Of a DNA stretch of 64,000 bases, positions 33,363 to 42,969 are shown piece after piece; within the stretch, counting starts at the first letter, position 1; every line of letters begins with the position of its first letter. The position numbers and the translations under genes were made by a program. Below the pieces are notes generated by a model. That model saw nothing but the letters and a program-made list of their open reading frames with translations, searched no databases and was not told the origin of the DNA. This stretch comes from Pelagomonas calceolata (taxonomy: Eukaryota), in NCBI GenBank assembly GCA_918797485.1, contig CAKKNE010000003.1, forward strand, positions 4,154,001 to 4,218,000, read 5' to 3'.

Positions 33363-33491
33363 CAGTGGCTGCGCAGCGGTGCTGGATTTGAATGTGGAGT
33401 ATCGTGCAGAGTTTTGGCGCTTCTCTGCGTGCAGCTAGGCCCACATTAGTGCTGACCAGCTTGGCTGCCCGTCGATCGAGTTTTTGTGCTG

Positions 33492-33515
33492 GCTAGTGTC
33501 TTACAGGCCGCTAGC
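33492..33515. promoter_or_regulatory. CTAG-bounded promoter motif copy
   Basis: gctagtgtcttacaggccgctagc, between divergent SEC24 and RBM42. Confidence 0.72.
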
Positions 33516-33795
33516 TCGCGCCGAGCTCGCAAGCGCTTTTGCGGCTGTAGCACGGCCTACGGCTTGCGGAGAACGTTTTCGGACGTCAACTGTCGTACCC
33601 CGGCGGATACCGCAGCGCTGCGCCTCAACGCCGCGCGGCAGAGCCACACGCAGCGAGGGAGCTGTTCCCCGACGCCACCGCAGCGCTGTACGGACAGACC
33701 GCGCCGGGCGCCCGAGCACCGCCACGCCGCCGCAGCGCTCACAAATCCACCAGAACCGACACGCCGCGCCGCCGAGCACCACAAACAACGCAACG

Positions 33796-34350
33796 ATGGA
33801 CCACGGACCCCCGGGCGGCTACTACCCGGACGCGAAGCGGCAACGCACGGCCAAACCGGACCACGCCTTCTCCAAGCAGCAGTCCGGGTATGAATTTCAA
33901 CAACATAAAATGAACGCTGCTGTTGCCGCGCAAGGAGGACGACAAAAGCCACCCGCCTCGAAAGTTGCGATCAGACGAGCCGGCGGCAAGACCTGGCGCG
34001 ACGACACTTTGGAACAGTGGCCCGAGGGCGACTTTCGCTTGTTCGTGGGGAACATCGGCAACGAAGTTACTGATGAGTTACTTTCTCATTCGTTCGGGAG
34101 GTATCCCTCGTTGGCTCGTGCGAAAGTGATCAGAAACAAGCACACGAACAAGTCCAAGGGCTACGCGTTCATCTCGTTCATGGACCCTTTTGATTGCGCG
34201 AAAGCGTTGCGGGAGATGTCGGGCAAATACATCGGGAACCGCCCTTGTAAATTGCAGAAGTCGACGTGGAACGAGCGCACTTTGTCGGAAGTGCGGAAGA
34301 AGGACAAGAAGAAGCGCAAGGCCCAGAAGCAGTGGGGGATCTCGGCGTAA
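33796..34350 (+). CDS. RBM42: RNA-binding protein RBM42 (RRM)
   Basis: RRAGGKTWRDDTLEQWPEGDFRLFVGNIGNEV...KSKGYAFISF...GKYIGNRPCKLQKSTW. Confidence 0.9.
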   Translation: MDHGPPGGYYPDAKRQRTAKPDHAFSKQQSGYEFQQHKMNAAVAAQGGRQKPPASKVAIRRAGGKTWRDDTLEQWPEGDFRLFVGNIGNEVTDELLSHSFGRYPSLARAKVIRNKHTNKSKGYAFISFMDPFDCAKALREMSGKYIGNRPCKLQKSTWNERTLSEVRKKDKKKRKAQKQWGISA

Positions 34351-34483
34351 GTGTAGTTCCTAGCAAGGCCGTCGGGATGTCGCGTCGATGGCGTCGGGGG
34401 GGAGGAATTTGGCGCGTGTGATATCTAGTTAGTATGGTGAACTTATCCATCCATCCTATATAAGACCGTATCCATTTCCAGTT

Positions 34484-35227
34484 CTAGGCACCCCGGGCCG
34501 GCGGCGACAGCGCCTCGTGGGCGCGGAGCAAGGGTCGCACGTCTTGCAAGCACGTCTCAATCGCCCCTACCATCGGATGCGCGCCGCCTAGGACGCGCCG
34601 GGATGTCCGTTCCAGCTCCTCGAGCATCGCCACGGCCTCACGGAGATCGTCGAGCGTGGCGCGATTGACGTCCCTATAGAGCGCCACCGCGTAAGTCCAC
34701 CGCAATTTGAGCGTGAGCATATCGACTTCTCCGAAAGCGCGACGCGCCACGAGTATGGTTCTTCGCAACAACGTCTTGGCTTCTTGGTCGCGCTCTAGGC
34801 GAAGAAGGGACGACGCAAGGTTGATGGCTGAAATGAGGGTTGATCGATTTTCTTCACCATGGCGCTCTAAGCGTCTGGTGTAGCCATCTCGTCGCAGGCG
34901 TAGGGCCTCGTCGTCACGTCCAAGCTTTGCATACGAATTCGCAAGATTGGCCTCCATGAGCTCGAGGCGCGTGCCGTTGGACACGAAGTGGCGCGCGCCG
35001 GTCGTCTGATAGATCATGTAATTGTTGCCCTCGATGACCGCGTCGTGTGTCGCGACGGCGGGCGCGCCGTCAAGCAGGACGTCGTCCCAGAGTTCGATGA
35101 CCGGGTCGCCCTTCGCGAGGGCCGCGCGGAGCTTGGTTGCGGTTTTCACGGCCGTGGGCGCGTCGTCGGTGCCCACGGTCACGTCCGCCGCCGCTGCCGC
35201 GAGGGCGAGGAGGACGAGCGCGCGCAT
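34484..35227 (-). CDS. Chimeric ORF: secreted-protein N-terminus fused near 34960 to a TPR-like C-terminus
   Basis: Signal peptide MRALVLLALAAAAA and VIEGN..ARHFV, then abruptly ANLANSYAKLGRDDEALRLRR...ATLDDLREAVAMLEE. Confidence 0.6.
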   Translation of the reverse strand: MRALVLLALAAAAADVTVGTDDAPTAVKTATKLRAALAKGDPVIELWDDVLLDGAPAVATHDAVIEGNNYMIYQTTGARHFVSNGTRLELMEANLANSYAKLGRDDEALRLRRDGYTRRLERHGEENRSTLISAINLASSLLRLERDQEAKTLLRRTILVARRAFGEVDMLTLKLRWTYAVALYRDVNRATLDDLREAVAMLEELERTSRRVLGGAHPMVGAIETCLQDVRPLLRAHEALSPPARGA

Positions 35228-35567
35228 CTTGCGGGGAGTGGAATTACCTGTTAATCTCCTCGCCGAGCTATCGTCGCGGCGCGGCCGCCGTCCTGAGCAG
35301 ACGCGGCGCGCTTGGCCGTTCGCGAGGCTCCCGGCGCGAGTGCGGAGGCCCCTCAACACGTCCGGCCCGTCGCGCGTCGCGCCTAAATCCTCGCTGCGGA
35401 GTAGCTTGAGAAGCTGAAAACTAAGTACTACAACGCGCGAGCGGCGCGCAGAAGGCCTCTGCCGCTGGGAGGTTCTTTGAAGCTATACAAGTCTAACGTT
35501 GAAACTCGTCGCGACGCCCTCAACACCCCCAAGACAAGTTCACTTTTTGTTATTATTCGGCCCCACT

Positions 35568-35590
35568 GCTAGTGTCTTACAGGCGCTAGC
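35568..35590. promoter_or_regulatory. CTAG-bounded promoter motif copy
   Basis: gctagtgtcttacaggcgctagc, between divergent genes. Confidence 0.72.
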
Positions 35591-35958
35591 TACCAAGTTC
35601 GATCGCCTTGCGGCGGTGTAGTAAACGCAAATCACCGCCTCGCACGCAATCACGGACCCTAGGTAGACGTCCCAGCGTGCGTCGGCGAGCCGCGCGCGGC
35701 GTCTCTCACGCAGACACCGCAACACGAAACTACGGGCCAGTCGTCCTAAGAAAGTCGCCGGAGGAGGCGAGAGGTCCGCGCGGCGTGCAGGCAGTATTTT
35801 CTCGTGCGGGTTCGCGTACGGAGAGCATCACAGTTTCAGAGCTGCCCCGGAGCGACTCCAGCAGCGCCGCGCGCCGCATTGCTGCCCGAGACTACTGAAA
35901 AGACGTGCGAAAAGGGCTGCCCTGCATTGCTGCCCAAGACTACTGAAACGAACGAGCC

Positions 35959-36456
35959 ATGGCCAAAGCAGCGATCCAGACAGCCGCAAAGTCCCTCAAT
36001 GGCATGACCCTGGGGAGTGGCCTGGCCATCGGCGGGCTGGCGCTTGGGCTTGGGGGCTGGCAATTGGGCAGTGCGATCGACAAGGCGACCGATCATAGTT
36101 ATAGAGCGCTGCTCGCTGCCGAGCACTGGGGCGCGCGCATTGATAAAATCGATGTCAAGGAGTGGGGCCGCCGCGCGGACGACGCCGCGCAAGCGTGGAA
36201 GGGCGCGGGCGTGGAACTGCAGCGCCAGAGCGAGTTGTGGCGGGAGACCACGGCTGCCGCGGCCGAGGCGTCGGCGCACGTCGTCGCGCACTCCAATTTG
36301 TTATTAGCCCTGGAGCGGACCGAAGGTGCCGAGGAGCGCGTCGCCGCGCATCCTCGCCTCGTCTCGGAACTGGCATTGGCGGCGGGCGCCATCGAGGACC
36401 CGTCCGCGGTGCGGTCGCTCACCGCCGTGGCGCGGACGTTGGCAAGACGGGACTAA
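35959..36456 (+). CDS. Hypothetical protein with an N-terminal Gly-rich hydrophobic segment
   Basis: ATG in good context (gccATGg) and protein-like composition; no family recognised. Confidence 0.5.
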   Translation: MAKAAIQTAAKSLNGMTLGSGLAIGGLALGLGGWQLGSAIDKATDHSYRALLAAEHWGARIDKIDVKEWGRRADDAAQAWKGAGVELQRQSELWRETTAAAAEASAHVVAHSNLLLALERTEGAEERVAAHPRLVSELALAAGAIEDPSAVRSLTAVARTLARRD

Positions 36457-36534
36457 TACATGTGAAGTTCACCCCCCACGCCGTCGACGAGAGGCTATGT
36501 CGTCTTAGGACAAAGGGAGAGGGGATATATAGGT

Positions 36535-39500
36535 CTAGAGCTGCGCCCGGAGCGACTCGAGTAAAGCCGACGCGGTGTCCTTCGCGTCGCCGAGCAACAT
36601 CTGCGTGTTCTCCTTGTAGAACGTCGGGTTCGCCACGCCGGCGTAGCCCGTGCTGCCCATGGACCGCTTGAAGGCGATGGTCGTCTCCGCGTCCCAGACG
36701 CGCAGCACGGGCATGCCCGCGATCGGAGAATTGGGATCGTCCAAAGCTCCCGAGTTCACCGTATCGGAAGCACCCAACACTATGGACACGTCCGTGTCCG
36801 CGAAGTCGTCGTTGCACTCCTCCAACTCGTAAACGATGTCGTAGGGCACGCCCGCCTCCGCGAGTAAAACGTTCAGCTGTCCGGGCATTCTACCGGCAAC
36901 AGGATGGATCCCAAAGCCTACTTTTTTTCCAGCTTTTCTGAGTTCATCGACGAGTTCGGCCACGACGTACTGCGCCTTGGCGACGGCTAAGCCGTAGCCC
37001 GGCACGATGAGCACGGAGTTCGCCGCAACTAAGGCAGCGGCGGCGCCCGCGGCGTCGATCTCGCGGTGCGGCCCCAAGTCCACGACGTCGCCCTCGACGA
37101 CCGGCGCCGCGGCCTTGCCGCCCAAGACCACTTCGACCACATCCCTATTCATGGCATCACACATGATCTTCGTGAGGATCGCACCACTGAAGCCGATCAA
37201 CGCGCCGACACTGGCGAGCGTCGGGTCCTTCAGGAGAGCGCCTTCCGCCGCCAACGCCCAGCCCGAATACGAGTTCAATACGGTAATAACGACGGGCATG
37301 TCCGCGCCGCCGATGGAAGAGACTAAGAAGTAGCCCAGGACGGCCGACAGCGCCCCGGACGCCGCCAAGGCCGGCGCCATGGTCACGCCCTGCGAGACGG
37401 CCAGCGCGCCCGTGCCCAGCGCGCCGACGAGCAAAGCCCCGTTAATGAGGTCGTTCTTGGCGAGCGGCGACGACGAAGTCAGTCCAGCCAATTTGGCGTA
37501 GGCCACGATGCTCCCACTGAAGGTCACGCCGCCCACAACCGCGGCTAGGACCGCGGCGACGCCGCCACCTACTCCCAGCTCCTCGGCATGCGCGAGGAAC
37601 TCGCCCACCGCGGTGGCGACGGCCGCGATGCCTACGAGCGAGTGGAAGGCCGCCACCGTTTGCGGGAGTTCCGCCGGGCCGACGCCGCCGGCGACGACGT
37701 AGCCACCCGCACCACCAGCCGCCAACAAAGCGCCTAGACTGAGGACACCTCCAAGATCTCCGGGAGAGGCCTGAATCACATGCGCGAAGGTAGCCACGAC
37801 CGCCAATCCTACACCGGCAACCGCGGCGGCGTTCCCATATCTAGCCGTGTCCTGCGACGCGAGACCACCAATACCAGCCACGCACGCGGTCGCCGCAGCA
37901 CCCGCGACCACATCGGGTAGCACCGACGTAGGGTCCGTGGCCGCCGCTCCTAAAGTAGCAATAGCAGCTAAACCCACCGGAGCGGCAAAATAAGATAACG
38001 GAGGCTCGGGATCGCCCTCACGTCGGAAGAGCTGGAGCATGGCGTCGGTGACTCGGAACCCGCCCGCAATATTGATCGCTGACACAGCGACGGCGAAGGC
38101 GCCCAGGAACTGCGCCGGCGTGTGGGGGATGGGGTCGCTCGGGTCGAGCAGAGCAGCACCGCCGAGCGCCGTCAGACCGCTCACGGCATTGGTCACGGCC
38201 ATGAGCGGCGAGTGCAAAGCGGGAGCCACGCCCCAGACGGCCTGCTGGCCGGCGAAGGACGCGAGGCAGAACGCGCCGAAGAGGGCCGCGTTCGAGACGT
38301 CGCCGCCGGACGCGAGGCCGACGCCGATGGTTAACGCCGCGACGGCCGTTAAGGCAGTGGCGTCGCCTTGGACCTTCTCGTTGATGGCCACTTGGGGATC
38401 TATTTCCTCCTCCTCTACCTCGACGGTGGCCTGCTTCGGCGCCGGCGGCGGCTCGTACGGCGGCGCGGGCCACGTCAGCTTCCCGCCGTCGACGACGAGC
38501 ATGCCGCGGACGGCCGGGTCCTCGTAGTCGACGACGAACTCGCCCTTGGTGCCCGTCGTCTGCGGGCCCACGCTCAGCAGGAAGTTGGCCTGGTTCCTCC
38601 CGAAGAGCTGGGACGCCGCCGTCGGGAGGCGCGACGGTAAATCCGAATACCCGAGGATCGACACGCCATTCTTTGTCGTGACTTTCTGACCGTCGACGGT
38701 CCCCACGACGTTCCCACCGTTGACCGACGCCATGTCGACGATAACGCTGCCTCTCTTCATGCCAGCGACCATGGCCTCCGGGATGAGCACGGGCGCCTTC
38801 CGGCCGGGGATCAATGCAGTAGTAATAACCACATCCGCCTTGGCCACTTCATCCGTCAGCATCGCCTGCGCGGGACGGACGGTGTCGTGACGCGCGTCGG
38901 CTCCATCTCACGATGACGTGGGTGGCCTCGGGTCCAAATTCGAGCCGATTCGGACCACGTTTCATGGAGACGCCGACTCGCGGACCTGCTCCGCGGCCTT
39001 GTACTCGTCGGACATCTCCTTGGCGTAGCCGCCCTGGCCGGCGCCGTCCTCCTCGTAGGGGACCTGCGCGGAGCATCGGTCCGAACGGCCCCAAAATCAG
39101 AAAAGAAACCAGCCACGACATCCTCTCCTGGAGACGAGTCGCGTCGACGGCGTGAAGGCCCCGCAGCACCGCGGGACGCCGAGATCGCACCTTCAGGAAC
39201 TGGCCGCCCATGCTCTCGACCTGCTCCTTGACCACGGGACGGACGTCGTAGCCCAAAACCACGGCGCCCATGTTCTTCGCCGTCTGGATGGCCGCTAGTC
39301 CAGCCACACCGGCGCCGAGCACCAGGACGCGGGCCGGCGCGAGCTTGCCCGCGGCCGTCATCGACCCGGCCATCGTCCTTCCGTACGCATGTGCTGCTTC
39401 AATCACAGCTCTGAAACCAGCTAAATTCGCTTGCGACGACAACGCATCGAAGGCCTGGCCCCGCGAGAGTAAGCGAGGGATGCAGTCCATCGCGAAAACC

Positions 39501-39967
39501 GTCGAACCTTGGTCCTGGAGCTGTTGCATCAAAGCTTCGTTCTGCGGGGGCTGGACCATGCTCAATAACGTGCGGTCCTGGATCTTGGCGGCCTCCGCTG
39601 GAGAAGGCGGGGCGATCTTCGTCACGATGTCCGCGGCCCAGGCCTCGTCTTCGGTCACTATAGAAGCGCCTACATTCTTGTACATGTCGTCTGAGAAACC
39701 GGCCGCCGCGCCGGCGTTGCTGGCGACCTTGGCGTTGAAGCCGGCTTTGACGAGTAACGCCAGCGACTCGGGCGTCTGGGCGACCCTGTTTTCGGTCGGG
39801 TCAGACTCGGGCACAACTCCAATGGTTAGGTCGGCGTACGAACGCGCGTTTCCGGCCTTGGTCTCGGGCTCGCTGACCACGGCGCCCCTGCGACCGAGGT
39901 TCTTGGCTCTGGGCAGCGGCGCGAGGGCGTGCGCGGCCACCGCCAATAGGAGCGGGGAGAAGCGCAT
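36535..39967 (-). CDS. NNT: Proton-translocating NAD(P) transhydrogenase, single chain (dI-dII-dIII). Exons 39967-39191, 39063-38986, 38865-36535
   Basis: [75 protein letters not shown] and [18 protein letters not shown]. Confidence 0.95.
38866..38985 (-). mobile_element. Intron, probably introner-derived (degenerate)
   Basis: GT-AG and frame-restoring; acceptor end ctgcgcggga. Confidence 0.5.
39064..39190 (-). mobile_element. Degenerate introner-derived intron
   Basis: GT-AG; acceptor end ctgcgcgga; core gtcgcgtcgacggcgtg. Confidence 0.65.
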
Positions 39968-40112
39968 CGTCTTAGCGGTGTTCGTTAGCGTTTTCCGCTT
40001 GCTGGCGTGTTCCTGGGGTCTTAGCGGAGCTCTGCACAGCTTGAGAGCACCGATGCTTGCAGCTGAACCGCGAACAAAGCGATACCTGCCCAGAGCTTCT
40101 GCGTAGCTTTTA

Positions 40113-40133
40113 CTAGTACGTTACTGCGCTAGC
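40113..40133. promoter_or_regulatory. Degenerate CTAG-bounded motif copy
   Basis: ctagtacgttactgcgctagc, between divergent genes. Confidence 0.5.
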
Positions 40134-40402
40134 TCGCAGGTTTGGCGGCAACGAGCCATATGCACTCGTGCCGAAGCCCAGGGAAGCGTGTCTTGCGATG
40201 ACCGTCCGGCGGGGTCCGCATGACATTGTGTTTTGGGCATCTTGTGTTGGGCTGCCCGTGGGGCTCGACTTAGCATGCTGCCAGCGCAGTGAGCTGCGCT
40301 ACGCAAGAATCGAGTCTCGCAGCGATCGCAGCGATCGAGCAGCAAGACCTCTGCGGCTCTCACAGACAGCGGGGCAGCTGCCCCAGTGCAGCGTCAAAAC
40401 AG

Positions 40403-41440
40403 ATGGACCCGCGCGACGCCCTCGGCGACCTCCTCGTCGACGCCGTGGTGCCCGTGCTCGGCTGGCCCGCATTTTACAAGTGTTCCGCGCTGAGCCGGGC
40501 GTGGCGGGCGGCGCTGAAACGCGTCGGCAGCGACCTGCGCAGGCGCCACGCGCCGCCGCCTCCACGCTTCGGGATCCCCCTCCTCGACCTGCCGCTCTTC
40601 GTGGACCGCGTCGTGCCGTTCCTCGGCTGGCCCGGCCTCTTCCGGCTCTGCCCCGTGAGCCGCGCTTGGAATGCGGCCGTCACCGCGCGCGCGCGCCGAG
40701 CCATCCGGCGGCTTCTCGACAAGACGCCGACGTCGTTCCGCCCGGACGCGGCGGACGTCGAGCGCTGGGAACGGGACCTGCGGCGGCGCGGCTTCCCCGA
40801 CGACGTTGAGCGCGACGACGACGGCTATCCGTGGGAGCTACAGCGTTTGAACTGCTACGGCCCGCGCGGCGTCGTGCTGCCGTCTCACGTACGGGCGCTG
40901 CTCCACGTCTGCGCGGGCGCGGCGACGGTCAAGGACGGCTACGCCTCGACGGCGGCGAACACGTTCCAGCCCCTCGCTCGGTGGCGCCTCGTCTCGTCCT
41001 GGGCGGCGCGGTTTTCCTTCGAGGACGACATAGGTGGCGATTTTCCCAAAATTTTGCCCAAGGGGCCCTTCGTCGTCCTGCGGTGTTGGCGGGTGCCCAT
41101 GTACGGCGAATGCTACGACATCTGGCAGATGGTGTACCTGAACCTCGTCGACGGGCTCCTGTACTATCACAACAGCCGGGCTGGGAGAAGGCGCATCGGC
41201 ACGGCCCTCGACTACGTCCGGGGCGGCTGGCAGCACTCGTGGGACCCGAAACAGGACGGCTACTACCACGTGCCCGGTGCGACGAAGATCGTGCACTCCG
41301 ACGACCCGGCCGAGCGCCAGGGGATTGTCTATCACAAACCGCCGCCGGACATGGACGTTGTTCTGCCGCAGCGTAACGCGAGGGCGGCCGCGCTCCACCT
41401 GTCCGGCGACGCCAATCACCGTCACGGCAACGGCGTTTGA
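40403..41440 (+). CDS. Protein with two tandem F-box-like motifs and a possible SMI1/KNR4-like domain
   Basis: VVPVLGWPAFYKCSALSRAWRAA and VVPFLGWPGLFRLCPVSRAWNAA; DVERWERDL...GVVLPSHVRALL. Confidence 0.6.
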   Translation: MDPRDALGDLLVDAVVPVLGWPAFYKCSALSRAWRAALKRVGSDLRRRHAPPPPRFGIPLLDLPLFVDRVVPFLGWPGLFRLCPVSRAWNAAVTARARRAIRRLLDKTPTSFRPDAADVERWERDLRRRGFPDDVERDDDGYPWELQRLNCYGPRGVVLPSHVRALLHVCAGAATVKDGYASTAANTFQPLARWRLVSSWAARFSFEDDIGGDFPKILPKGPFVVLRCWRVPMYGECYDIWQMVYLNLVDGLLYYHNSRAGRRRIGTALDYVRGGWQHSWDPKQDGYYHVPGATKIVHSDDPAERQGIVYHKPPPDMDVVLPQRNARAAALHLSGDANHRHGNGV

Positions 41441-41689
41441 ACTCGCGGCGATGGCGTCTCTGTGTACTTCTAGTAAGACCCGTTATTTGTACTGATTACT
41501 CGGCAGGTCGGGGGGGCCTGAGGCTTAGATCCTCATGGTTCGGGGACTAGTTTGGAGCGAGTAAACTACTTTCGGTCACGCACTGGCAGCCCGGGCTGCG
41601 GCGGCCCGGTGGCTAGGCGGCCTACTAGGCTAGCTCTAAGCAAAGCAAACTAGTAAGCTAGTGAACTTGAACGAGTACACACGAGACAC

Positions 41690-42544
41690 TTACACCACCA
41701 CACGGTTCTTCGCCTTCCGCGCCCGGATCGACCGCTCGCACGGCCGGCCCGCGTCGGGCTGGTGAGCTTTGCGCGCCGCGCCGCCGCGGAGGCGCAGGGG
41801 CACCGCGCGGGCGATGGCACGCAGCTCCTCATCCGTGACCGGCCGCGCGGCCCCCGGCGCCAGCGTTCCGAGCCGTACGGGCCCGACGGCCGTCCGCGCC
41901 AAGCCCACGACCGCTCCGCCGCACGCGCCCACCATCCGCTTGACCTGGTGGTGCATCCCCTCGGCCAGCGTCACGCGCACGCGGAGGGCGCCGAGGCGCT
42001 CGAGCGTCGCAGCCGCGCACTTGGTGCCCCGCCTATCGTCCAGGACGAGGCCTCGTTCGAACTTGCTCTCGGCGTCGGCGTCGAGCGGGCCCGTCGCCGA
42101 GGGCGGCCCCTCCGCGGCGTGGACGCGCGCGTAGCGCAACGGCCCCAGCGCAACCTCATAAGTTTTAGAAACGTGGCTGCAGGGGTGCGCCAGCAGGCAC
42201 TGCAGACCGCCGTCCGTGCCGCAGAGCACGAGTCCCGACGTGTCTCTATCTAAACGTCCGATCATCCCGAGGTCCGGGTGGGCCAGCGCGCCGATGGCGT
42301 CTTCTACACTACCGTCGGCCTCTTTATGGACCGCAAGGAGGCGCTGGAACGGCCGCTTCAGTTCCGTCCCGTCGCAACGCAGCGTCTCGGCGCCGACGAC
42401 GACCTGGAACGTCGCGTCGCGTATCACGTGCTCGCCGCCATCCACGTCGCGCAAAACGACCAAGCCCTCGGCCAGCGCGGCTTTGACGCGGTCGCTGCGC
42501 GGCTTGCACTGGAGGTGGGTCGCGAGGATGTAGTCCACGCGCAT
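41690..42544 (-). CDS. RsuA-family rRNA pseudouridine synthase
   Basis: IGRLDRDTSGLVL (catalytic Asp), VSKTYEV and TLAEGMHHQVKRMV. Confidence 0.9.
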   Translation of the reverse strand: MRVDYILATHLQCKPRSDRVKAALAEGLVVLRDVDGGEHVIRDATFQVVVGAETLRCDGTELKRPFQRLLAVHKEADGSVEDAIGALAHPDLGMIGRLDRDTSGLVLCGTDGGLQCLLAHPCSHVSKTYEVALGPLRYARVHAAEGPPSATGPLDADAESKFERGLVLDDRRGTKCAAATLERLGALRVRVTLAEGMHHQVKRMVGACGGAVVGLARTAVGPVRLGTLAPGAARPVTDEELRAIARAVPLRLRGGAARKAHQPDAGRPCERSIRARKAKNRVVV

Positions 42545-42773
42545 CGTTTTGATTGATTTTCTGCAAACAGTTCACGCTACTGCCGCATCACTGACGCGCA
42601 TCCGTCCCTGATTGCTGATGGTCTGCTGCACACGGTGCTGCACACGGTGCTACGCACTCTACAACTGCAGCACTGCTGCAGCTGTCGTTGACTGTGATCA
42701 ATGTCGACTCCTAGCGCCTTGGCACAGGCGGAGGGCAGTGGTTTGGCTGTGGTTTGTCCTCGACGCCTGGTTT

Positions 42774-42796
42774 GCTAGTGCCTTACAGGACGCTAG
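42774..42796. promoter_or_regulatory. CTAG-bounded promoter motif copy
   Basis: gctagtgccttacaggacgctag, between divergent genes. Confidence 0.68.
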
Positions 42797-42969
42797 GCGA
42801 TTATATTGAGCCAGCAAAAAGTCGGTGCATACGCATCATAGAGACCGCGTGTCAGCGCTACAGGTGAACGCGCGGCAGCGCAGGACCGTCCGTGGCCCGC
42901 GCAGCCGTTAAGGCCGAGCCGACACGCAGCGCAGCCGGCCCCAGCGCCGGGCCGAATAAAACAACAACA

